From NCBI GenBank assembly GCA_035221665.1, contig CM069158.1:23746001-23810000 (forward strand): a stretch of 64,000 nucleotides of DNA. The letters are read 5' to 3'. Positions 36,519-47,409 of this stretch are shown piece by piece (position 1 is the first letter of the stretch; each line of letters starts with the position of its first letter). A program made the translations under genes and the position numbers. Under the pieces are notes generated by a model that saw only the letters and a list, made by a program, of their open reading frames with translations, did not search any database and was not told the origin of the DNA. The stretch comes from Okamejei kenojei (taxonomy: Eukaryota).

Positions 36519-38272
36519 ATGGACAAGGGCAAGAGAAAGGCTCTGTCGAGAAGTCGAGCTTCGACCAGCCAACGGCCCTTGTCTCCGGAGCTGCAAGCAA
36601 CATCAGCAGCTTCGAGGCGTGTGGGAGCAGGAATGCGGAAGTCGGGTGCTCCCTCTGATTCAGGGGCCGATTCACCTGAATGGTTTACCGCTCCGGAGCT
36701 GGATGCATCGGATCCAGACTTCGAGCCCCCTTCCCCCAAGAAAAGAGGGGGGAAACAGGTACGTGACAAGGGGTCTCGCTTTTTACAAGCAACCCCTCCC
36801 CGAACTCCAGAAGACCCGAGGGGGCTGGGTCGGGGGACAGCCGCACGACAGGGGAGCCCTGCAAAGTGCAAAAACGTACCGCAGCCAGGCAATATCACTG
36901 CTGCGTCATGTAGGCCTGCTGGAGCAGATACCGCCGACAACACACCCCGTCAGGCTGCGGTCAAGGGCGGAGGTGGCAGCAGGAAGCGGTCGGTCAGCTC
37001 AGCTCTGGGAGCGGCCGACCATGCGCCTCCACGCCAAAAGATGGGCATGTGTGGAGGTAAGCCTGCACGGACTCCGGGGAGGCAGGTTCCGGGGGCCGGC
37101 ACCGATTCAACTCACCTGCCTTCTTATCAGACAGGTGGGCCGCCACAGTCTGGGAGAAGTCAGAGTCCGTGCGGGAGTCGTATGATCCTACTTGGGCTGT
37201 AGGTCACGACGACCTGCCATTGGACCCTAGACAGCACCCTAAGGGGGTGTGTTCCGATGGTGGAAGCCCCAGTGAATTTGCAGGGCCTGGGGAAGTCGGC
37301 TTGTCCGCTGCAGATAGCAGGGACGGTCGCATAGAGAGGTTGGAGCTCTTAGTGGAGCAACTCCTCCAGCGGGACCGGGAACGAGAAGAACGGGACTCGC
37401 GGGCATCTACCAGCCGAGCGAGGACTCCACTCAGCATCTCATCGTCTCCAGCAGGAAGCATGAGGGATTTCCCAGCTGCTGTGTTAGAAGACGACCCGGG
37501 GCAGCCAGTAACCGCTGAGCCAGAGCATGAGGAGGATATGCTGGAAGTGGTGAGTAAGTTTGCCGCTACCACCCAGACAGGTGAACCTCTGCACCACAAA
37601 TTGGCGGGCACCATTGATTACCTGACTACGCACCAACTCCAGAGTCAGGTTCTCAATGATACCTTGGAGAAAATAAAACCGTCCGAAAACTGCATCAACC
37701 TCAGTGTTCCCTTGGTTAACGCCCAGATCTGGGGACACTTGAATACGGCCACCAGGATGCAGGATGTCCGCCTCCAGCGTATATTAAAAGTTCTCTCCAC
37801 GGGCATAACGGCGTTTGCTAGGACCCTGGACGGGGATAATGTGTCGAGCGGTCAGCAAGACGCACTGGCACTCCTATGCAACGCCCAATATGAAATAAAC
37901 TGCCTGCGTAAGAGCTCCATAAAGCCCACACTCAACCCCAAATTCGCGGGGTTGTGCCGACCATCAACCGCTCCACCGCCGCATCAGTTGTTTGGAGACT
38001 TATCCAAACAGGTGAAGGAACTGGATGAGGAGGCCAAAACAGCTGGCCTCATGAAGCCTCCACCGACCAGACCTCACCGGCAACAGCCTAATTCATCTTG
38101 GAGAACACGGCTGCCGGAAAGGGCACAGAGATCCTACCCACCTCCATCCAAACAAGTGCAACAACCTTTTTTAGGGCAAGGCCAGCAACGGCCTGCATGG
38201 AAAATGCGGCCGCCGACTCGTCAACCTCCACAACGCCCACTCAAAACACCATATGTACGGAACCGCCGTTAA
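36519..38272 (+). CDS. DIRS D gag, predicted spliced: join(36519-37056,37131-38272), 559 aa
   Basis: A GT-AG 74-nt intron joins ORF 36519-37202 in frame to ORF 37169-38272 with no stop; N- and C-terminal parts are both homologous to B gag. Confidence 0.7.
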
Positions 38273-38274
38273 CC

Positions 38275-40207
38275 TTGGAGGTAAGGGGGTCTGGTTCTTC
38301 TCACGCCGTAGCATCCCCTCCTGCACGAATAGGTGGGCGATTGCGGGCTTTCTTGGACATTTGGAAAACTGTCACCACGGATGAGTTTATTTTACAAAGT
38401 GTTCAAGGATATGTTATAGAATTTATTGAAGGTATAAATCCCCCTACTCAGCATTCACCTCGTAGAAAATTTACTCTATCTCAAAAAGAGGTGGAGGCAG
38501 GACAAGCTGAAATTATACGGTTAGCAGAAAAAGGGGTAATTGGCAAAACCAAGCATGAACCAATTGAGTTTGTGTCTAACATCTTCACTAGGATTAAAAA
38601 AGATGGGGGATGTCGGATAATAATAGACTTAACTGAATTGAACAATTTTGTACAATACACCCATTTCAAAATGGATACGTTTGAAACAGCTAAGCAGATG
38701 CTTTACCCAGGGTACTTTATGGCATGCATCGATTTGAAAGATGCATACTATACGGTACCCATTGATAAGGCTTATAGGAAATTTTTGAAGTTTGTCTGGA
38801 AGGGTCAGTTATGGGAATATAAGGCATTGCCCAATGGAATCACCACAGCTCCTAGGCTGTTTATCAAATTGGTAAAACCTATATTGGCTCTTCTCCGACA
38901 ACAAAATTATATAGTAATGGCATATTTAGATGATATCCTTATAGTGGGTCCGACCCTCCAATTGGCGATTCAAGGAGTGGCTGCAACCAAGGCTCTGTTT
39001 GAGAAGCTGGGATTCGTAATCCATCCAGACAAATCAAAATTGCACCCGGTACGGGTTATGGATTATTTGAGGTTCACACTAGACACCAATTTAATGAAGA
39101 TTACCATCCCAACTAATAAAGCTACTGCTATTATAGAAGAGTGCCACAATCTTGCTTGCGCCAGGGTACCGACTATTCGGCAAACAGCAAAAGTTATGGG
39201 CAAATTGGTAGCTGCATTCCCAGCTGCACGATTCGGACCGCTACACTACCGAAATTTACAAAGATCAAAAATCACAGCATTAAAAACAAATGCTGGTCAC
39301 TTTGATCGGCCAATTTGGCTACCATCAGAAGCTAGAAATGAGCTACAATGGTGTGTTGACAATATTAGAGAATGTCATAGACCTATCATAGTGGGAAACC
39401 CTGATGTTGTGTTACAAACTGACGCAAGCGCACAAGGCTGGGGAGCAACTGATACGATGTCCAGTTGTGGTGGCAGATGGAACTCTCATGAGTCTACATT
39501 CCTGGAGTCACATGGGATAAATTATATAGAAATGCTGGGAGCATTTCATGGACTGCAGGCTTACTGTACTAATTCACAGGATTTACATGTCCGCCTTCAA
39601 ATAGATAATACTACAGTGGTGGCTTACATCAATCATATGGGTGGTATCAGGTCGCTATCTTGTGATGAATTGGCTAATACAATTTGGCACTGGTGCATTG
39701 AAAGAAACATTTGGATTACTGCGACCTATTTGCCTGGGAAGCTTAATACAGTGGCGGACACCAGGTCACGAGTCTTTAATGACAACATCGAGTGGATGTT
39801 GAATCCCCAAATTATTAGAGATATTATAGCTCATTTTGGGACACCAGATATTGACCTATTTGCGTCCAGGTTGAACCATCAGATACCAACATATGTGTCA
39901 TGGGAACCAGACCCTGGGGCAATAGCAATGGATGCGTTTTCGATCCATTGGGGGAAATGGTTTTGCTACGCATTTCCCCCATTCTGCCTCATCAGTCGGG
40001 TATTGCAGAAAATTAAACTAGACTCTGCAACTGGTATATTGATCATTCCCGACTGGCCTACACAACCATGGTAACCGATGGTTGAAAAATTTTAAAAACA
40101 GCCATGGATGGCGATTGGGAAACATCCCAAATTGATTACTCACCCTATTACGGGGATCAGTCATCCTTGCCATGGTCATTTAAACTTGTTGGCTTGCAGG
40201 TTCTGAA
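38275..40207 (+). CDS. DIRS D pol (RT-RNase H-MT); premature stop at 40072-40074
   Basis: ORF 38098-40074: IDLKDAY, YLDD, LQTDAS.QGWG, IDNTT, DLFASRLNHQ, YAFPPF; homology continues to LLACRF* at ~40207. Confidence 0.93.
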
Positions 40208-42494
40208 AAGACCGCTCATCCAGGCAGGCATCTCGTCAAGAGCCATAAACCTTATTGCTGCATCGTGCCGGGAATCAACCAAAGAAACAATACCCCACTC
40301 AAATCAGAAAGTGGGAGGTTTTCTGTGCCCGGAACAACAAGTCTTCCAACTCGTGCTGTTGATGGCACTGTTGGAAGACTTTTTGCAAAGAAGAATGGGC
40401 AAACATATCAGTCTCTAGATGTGCAAAGCTGGTAGAGACATACCCCAAAAGACTTGCAGCTGTAATTGCAGCGAAAGATGGTTCTACAAAGTATTGACTC
40501 AGGGAGGCAGAATACTTTTTCAGGCCACACTTTTCAGTTTTTTATTTGTAATAATAATAATTATGCACCACTTTATGTTGGTCTATCACATACAATCCCA
40601 ATAATATACATTTACGTTTGTGGTTGTAACGTGACAAAATGTGGAAAAGTTCAAGGGGTATGAATACTTTTGGAAGCCACTGTATATAGTAATATTTAGA
40701 ATTTATATGTTTCAGGCTGCTAGCATTAACTCTTGTACAAATTCCCCCATTGAATTGCTTGGAAAACAGATCAAGATTTGGCAAGCCCCCGTGAATAAAT
40801 ATTATCCCTACTGGGGCTTTGAAAGCTTCCCATTGAATTGATGCATGCCATTTGTCCATGACTGTGGGACCTGAAGATTAGTTTGTAACTTGTTAAAGAG
40901 ATTAACATCCATAAGTTCAAATGTTACAAGATACCATGAACTAATAGCATTATTTCAGCAGGCATTCAGGAGTTAGATTGGGAAATGGTTGCAGTAGGGT
41001 GTGGGCTGGGTTGTGGGGAGAGAATTAAATTACCATTCTAACAACCTCAAGGGAACAAAATCTCTGCTGAGAGTATAAATACAGTGATGGGATATTATTG
41101 TTGCTCTGCAAAGTAAAATATTGAAATAAAAAGCACTTTTATAAAGAACATATTAGACAAACTCAATATCAGATGCAAGGCTTTTGTTTTCTTGCAGCCT
41201 TTCCACAAAATTAAACATTAACTTGCCCATCTTATTAACTTAATTTTTGCCTTTTAATCATTGTTTCCCTGCACATTCCCATTCTTATTAAAACCCAGCC
41301 AAATTTTAAAAAGTGAATTGGAGGATGATGAATTATGCAGAATTATTGCAGGAATGGAGGCATACATGTGTCTGATTGTAATTTGGTTTGAATCTGTCCT
41401 TGAGCTCATAAAGAGTTATGGCACAAACCCAACATCCTAATCAGATAAGGAAGCTTGATTACCTTACAGCAGCGAGTTCACTGCTAACACTTCTATCATG
41501 GTAGCCTTCGCCATTACAGCATGTAAGCAGGCCGGCATGTTATTTTACTACTGCTGGTAAAGCTGCGGAATAATCGGATACCGGTCTTTATGCAGGGATA
41601 TGGGGAAAAAGGCTGAACATAGGTCAATTACTGTAAATTACTGTCATCTATATCGGCTTCTGTCAGTATAGATGACAGAATAATATTGGTATCAGGTACT
41701 AAAGGACTATTTTTAATAGCTCTCAGATCTTAGACAAAACACCATTCATTACGTCTTCCCACTTTCGGGATTGGCATAATACGAGTATTACACAGACTTT
41801 GCATTTTCAGTCATAGTGCTTGTTCCAATAAAGACAATCATGTAAATCATAAAGAACATAGCTATCCCTTCTTCAGCCTCCGGGGCCAGTCAATATTGTT
41901 TTAAACATGGCAAGGCAGCACCTTTTTTTGTTCAGTTTATGTTCAGGGGCTGAATACACCCATCCCACATGATTCTTATGCTTTGCCCATAGTTTGTAGG
42001 GTACTTGGACCAGAGCCACAGTAGGCAGATCCTCAGTAGGCAGCTGCTACTTTTCATAGTGTCCCATTCCTTTCTGACCCACGTGATCTTTCCTTCTGTG
42101 ACATTGGCAACTTTAAAACATGAATTGTCAGTTTGTTCTTCAGTCATTTTATCAGTTTTCCTATTTCTTCGCTGTTGCTGGAGGTCTAGTAGCAACGATT
42201 AAGTATGACTCAGAGGTGTCTCCCATCTCAAATCGATCCCTTTAGTTTTATTCCTAATCCCAGAACCCCAAAGAACAAATAAGGGGTCACTGTTAACTGT
42301 TCAAGTTTCTTCAACCGGGGGAGACTTTTTCCTATTATCCGGGATTAGAGAGGCACGTCTATAATTCAGTGCAATGCGTTTGCTTATGTTCATGGCTGGT
42401 TTTAACAAGATACTGTAAATACTGGCCCTTTAAAAAAAAAAAAAATTCTGTATGGCTTCCTTTTACCTCCAGTCTTGCAGGAGGACATCCAAGT

Positions 42495-42800
42495 TCACAC
42501 TTCCTTGTTCCAGTTTCTAATTATTTCGCAATCAGTTAGGTGTATCCAACAAGGATTATTTTCAACCTTCACTGCTGTAGGTGTAGTCAATAGTACAGGG
42601 AAGCGCTCCTTCCACTGTTCTCCCAATTTCCTCCGATTCCAAATTCTTATCAGTTTGTGATCTCCTGGTTGTAAGGATTCGCCGTTATGGCCAGCTGAGA
42701 GTGGTTTCTGTAAGATTGACAAGGTTCAATTGCTGTGCATATGTAATTAATTGCTGTGCATATGTAATTAATTCATCACTAAGGTCCTGTTCAGTCTCAG
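42495..42800 (-). pseudogene. Retroviral integrase C-terminal domain remnant
   Basis: LQPGD..LIR....KLGEQWKERFPVLLTTPTAVKVENNPCWIHLTDC matches the gamma/epsilon-retroviral IN C-terminal pattern (WxGPYxVLLTTPTAVKV...WIH). Confidence 0.85.
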
Positions 42801-44412
42801 TCAAGGCTTTACTTAAACTCTTTTACTTACAAGGCAGACCCTTTAAAATAGGTCATTAAAATGAAAAAAACAATTTAAAAATGATTCCCAATTCTTTCAA
42901 TCTATCTCCCCAAATTCATAATTTAAAATTAATAGATATTTTTCTGAGATAAAGGCATTTCCAATTCTCATCCAATACCTCAATCTGAAATCCACATGGC
43001 CAGTGCGCAATTCAGATCTCTCTTGAATTCATTCAAAAGGTACGAAATAGGATGAAATTAAACTTAAAATACCGACAAGGTCACCAATCCCAATGCCAGT
43101 TTATGCGGCAAAGAAAATGAACATTCTCTTTGCTGAATCACATCCACTGTTTAATAAAAGTTGACAAGACAGAGAATAAACAGTTAATTTCCCCATAGAT
43201 AGCCAATGCAATTCCAAAGAGCAAAGGAAAAGAAAATAACGGTGTGCGGCTCAACGCCCACACAGTTGTAACTTCGTAAAGAGACACTAACTTTTAAAAC
43301 ACATGAGACTTTACAAAGATTTATCACGTAAATGAGCAAGCTCATTCAATGACATCCTATTTCATCTGAATTAGAGAATGAATTCAACGTTCACCCAGAA
43401 CCAGTTCCACAAACTAGTAACAGTCTTTAAACTCACTCACTCTACACCCTCCTTTCTGTGACATTCACTCACAAATTTCCACACCTCATGCAATATGCTG
43501 AATTTCAGACATTCACACACGTTAAAGCAATAAAATTCTCACTCAAGAGTAAAACACAGTTATACACTCCTTAAGGAAATCATGAAAAACTCTTAAAACT
43601 TTGATACACCCAAAAATAAGAAATTTACATTTTGATATTTATTATATTATTAGGCAAAGGCACTATGTCTTGTGCTGTTGTGTGGCTAACATTGACCAAG
43701 GTAGCTTTGGAGAATTATAAAACAGAAGCCATATACTTCTTAAATATAATTTAAGAAAAACAATAAGATAGCTGTCCTGTAGACAAGATTCATATACAGG
43801 CTGCATCAGAGGAAAATGTTATTTGTCAGCCAGCAATTTTTACATAGCCTTGAGTTTATACCACTGGAGAAGCAGAATTTCATTTCCTCACGTAATTACA
43901 AAATGTATTCAAACACAGCTAGAAAGTTGCTTTGCTAGCCAAGGTCAGCGCTCCACTAACTTTACCGGCCAAGACATTTAAACAAATCATTCACCAAAAA
44001 TGTTCATACTTTGTTCATAAATACAACACATACTGAAGAACTGTCAAAGGATCAACTGCGTAGCCCCCTCATTTCCAAAGATCTTTTTACACTGCAGAAC
44101 TTTACATTACTTAACTTTACATTCCCTTGTCTGACAGAACTGTTCTGTCTACTAGAATCCTTGGTTCTGTGGGGACCAATGTGCGGAATTCATAATCTGT
44201 TGTGTGGGCAGTAATGTCAGCTTGGGCTTTCCCCCGGGAGACATCATTGTGGCCACTTGTGTGGACATTGCACTTAATAATGGCCAATTGGACTGGGATG
44301 GCTAAGGCGTGCAGTAGCTGGCGCAGGGGCCAGCACTGTTTTATGTAGTGAAAGTCTTCCTTTATGTTGAAGTGAGAGAATTGCTGCAGTGCCTTGGCAG
44401 AGACACTTCGAA

Positions 44413-44974
44413 CAGACAAAACCCTATAAAATTACTAATCAAGTAGTAAAATCTTTATTTTGCCAGGTGGGTGTGACAGTAAACTCTTACAGTATGTAAT
44501 ATACAGACTATAGGTTCACTATCCCCACAAAAAGAGGTAATGTTCAATCATATATATTTATACCCCAATAATCAGCAATTCAGCAATACTTTATCTTACA
44601 AAGCATTGCACAGCCTCTTGCCTGTAGATTGACAGGTTCTTCTGAGAGAGGAAAGGTTAGTCCATATGTGGTATGCTGAAGAGGCTATTTTTCTGCAGAT
44701 CAAGCATTTGTTTTTTTTTTTACCTTATTGATGCGCATTATAATCTTATAGAGTAAAGAGTACGGCAAGTATCTGAACATTCTCCTGATGTTTATATCAT
44801 AAAGGGAAACATTTATGAAGTTGTGCTGTTATCTCGCTAGTGTTATGGAAGAATGGCGAAAACATCTTTGTTAGCCTTGCTAGTGTAATAGAAGAAAGGT
44901 GAAAGCCTTTCTTTATTGCTTCTAATTCTACAGCTGAATCCATTTTGTAACTTTTAAATCTTTAAACTTTCTTA
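44413..44974 (-). repeat. ERV 5' LTR (uninterrupted; U5 boundary uncertain)
   Basis: Direct repeat of the split LTR, about 90% identical by eye. Confidence 0.9.
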
Positions 44975-45272
44975 AGGTGTCAGCTGATACTGATACGTAC
45001 TGTCCCAAAAGAGGCAAACTGGAACTTGGAACCGCAAGGATCTAGGAATGGAGTAATGGCGATGGTGGATGAGGCAGGTATGATAGTGGCATTAAAGAGG
45101 CTTTTATATAGGCACGATGTTATGCAGGGGATGAGGGATATGGACCATGTGCAGGCAGATGAGATTAGTTTATCTTGGCATCATGTTCAACACAGACATT
45201 GTGGGCCAAAGGGCCTGTTCATCTGCTCTACTGTAATATTTTCTAATTGGAGAATGCTAGGAAACATGCAAT

Positions 45273-45565
45273 AGGGCAGCACGATGGCCTACTGCCTTAC
45301 AGCAGCAGAGACCTGGGTTTGATCCTGACTATGGGTGCTTGTCTGTACGGAGATTGTTCGTTCTCCCCGTGACCTGCGTGGGTTTTCTCCGAGATCTTCG
45401 GTTTCCCCCCACACTCCAAAGACGTACAGGTTTGTAGGTTAATTGGCTTGTTGTAAATGTAAAACTTTTCCTAATATGTGTTGGTTAGTGTTAATGTGTG
45501 GGGATCGCTGGTCGGTGTGGACTCAGTGGGTCGAAGAGCCTGTTTCCACGGTGTATCTCTGAATT
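45273..45565 (+). mobile_element. V-SINE/HE1-like SINE
   Basis: Same head, core and tail as 2410-2712. Confidence 0.85.
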
Positions 45566-46949
45566 AAACTTAACCAAATTGTGTAACATTGCTTACCAGT
45601 GTATGCTTGACCCAGTGCAGAATTCAGATAAAAGGCAGAACGCTTCACCTCGTTTTGATGAACAGACAACAGTCAGTATCAACTCACTGTTTCCTGCATT
45701 AAGACTAATACAAAAGTTCAACGTCAAGTGTGCCAGGCACCAGTTGAAGCCAACAGTGGCTGATGAAAGACATGCCTGCACACCTTAATTGGCATGAGTT
45801 AATTGTCCCCAATCATAACCAAGAGACTTTCCATCCTACAGAAAGTTTGCTGGAAGCCATAATGGAACAGGGTATAAAGCAAGTAACAATGTTTTTTTAC
45901 CATGGATCTGGGTGTCTTGGTGAATGATGTGGAGAGACGGAGGCAGACCCCATGGGAGCAGGAATAAATAATGAAGTAAGATTGAGAAGAAACTGGATAA
46001 TTGATAACAATGACAACAACGCAGGAATACAGCACAAAAAAAAGTCTAACCTCCAAAGCACCTTCAAAGACGATGAAAATATTATAAATCTTATCCTTCA
46101 GCAACTGTCCTCTGTCACTAATTCATACTAAACGCACTCCAAACTCACATCTGACACAAATCGTTATCGAAGAAGAACCCTTTTATCTTGGAATCAAGAA
46201 AGTGTTATGTGACACGAGTCCAATCAGCCATTGTATTCTCTGCCACCACACCTAGTCTTCTGCCCTTACCCATTCATAAAGAAAATTATTTTCCTTCACA
46301 TGTTCATGGAATTATTTTTTAAAAGCTCTAGCTGACACAGTTTCTATTTTCCTAACAGATATCGCAATCTAATTAATTCCCATTCTCGTACTAAAAATGA
46401 TCTTCTTCATCACAGGGGGCGTGTGGAGAGGGGGATGGGGGAAAGGGAGAGAAAGCTTCTGCACATTGGTTCAATCACCTGGAGGAGAGTGCTCACTGTT
46501 GATTGAGTGGTCTTGACAGAAAGGTGACTAGTAATAATGTGTAGATTATTGAAGTTACATTTCTCTCATTCCACAATCTTTACTGATGAACGTAAAAGAT
46601 TGGCTATCTTACTGGAAACAGGGAGTAGGCATTTTTTCTTTTCCTCTTGTTTGCAAGAAGTAACATGTGGTGTGCCGCTGAGATTAGTGTTGAATCCTCA
46701 ACCTTTTACCAGGTTTTATAAATGACTTGGATTTATGTGATATCTACTACGGTTCATGAGTCAGCCTACAGTTGTTTGAAGGAGGCCTCAGTTCATCAAA
46801 CGTGACTGCATAACATCTCTTAGTGTCTAGTCAATAGTACACTTTTAATGTGGCTGAGCAAAGCATTAAAGGACAGGAGAAAACTGTGTATATTCAGCAT
46901 GTTATTGTCCCCTGGGGGAATGAAAAGCTTTTAACAAGGGCAACAAAGG

Positions 46950-47235
46950 GACAAACAGCTGGTTGAGCTGCTGCCTCACAGTTCCAGAGACCTGGATTCA
47001 ATTCTGACCTCGGATGTCTGTGTGGATCTTGCATGTTCTCTCTTTGACTGTTTTCTGTGTCCAATTTCCTCTTACATCCCAAAGATATGCGGGTTTATAG
47101 GTTAATTAGCCCCTGGTGTGTGTAAGTGGATGCAAAGGTGAGATAACATAAAACTAGTATGAACGCCTGATTGATAGTCGGTGTGGACTTGTGGGCCGAA
47201 GGGCCTGTTTCCATGTATCTCTGTATCTCTAAACA
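46950..47235 (+). mobile_element. V-SINE/HE1-like SINE
   Basis: GCTGCTGCCTCACAG...CCAGAGACCTGG, core and GGGCCGAAGGGCCTGTTTCC tail. Confidence 0.8.
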
Positions 47236-47409
47236 AGTATCTCTAAACAAATATAATGAGGTAAGGATGCTTATAAGTTATGGTGAGATATTTTAAATAT
47301 TCTCCAGAATGTTTGACGGACACCTTTGACGGACACAGTTCTATAAACCTTTGGGCTCTGAATTCCTCACTTGTCTGAGAAGAATAAATATTATGTGAAA
47401 ATACCCAAT

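Larger units (their letters stand above)
36354..40345 (+). mobile_element. DIRS1-like retrotransposon copy D (best-preserved ORFs, 3' truncated)
   Basis: Left end ATTTTACTTCGGAGTCACGTGAGTGAC; gag and pol ORFs; start of YR at 40200; no ICR or right end. Confidence 0.95.
36268..40682 (+). mobile_element. Tc1-like DNA transposon, internally replaced by DIRS D
   Basis: TIRs CAGTGGCTT(G/C)CAAAAGTATTCATACCCCTTGAAC at 36268 and 40682, TA TSDs, transposase C-terminus FCKEEWANISVSRCAKLVETYPKRLAAVIAAKDGSTKY* at ~40381-40497. Confidence 0.93.
31352..44974 (-). mobile_element. Degraded endogenous retrovirus (gamma/epsilon-type) with nested Tc1 and DIRS insertions
   Basis: Two ~0.56-kb direct repeats, PPT, env-TM remnant, integrase C-terminus, and a candidate TSD AGGT (31348-31351, 44975-44978). 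Confidence 0.85.

Noticed and set aside
36759-36789. GT-AG pair inside DIRS D ORF1
   Set aside because: Only ~31 nt, and removing it would break an open frame.
41932-42195. ORF as env signal peptide or ERV accessory gene; VSSELAAVR at ~41462-41490 as env heptad
   Set aside because: Position is plausible but similarity is too weak to call.
42727-42772. 21-bp tandem duplication in the integrase remnant
   Set aside because: Simple local duplication in decayed sequence; not a CRISPR-like array.
43070-43086. GGTCACCA as an ERV tRNA-Trp PBS (also GGACCA at ~44178)
   Set aside because: Short matches that are not adjacent to the alignable LTR boundary.
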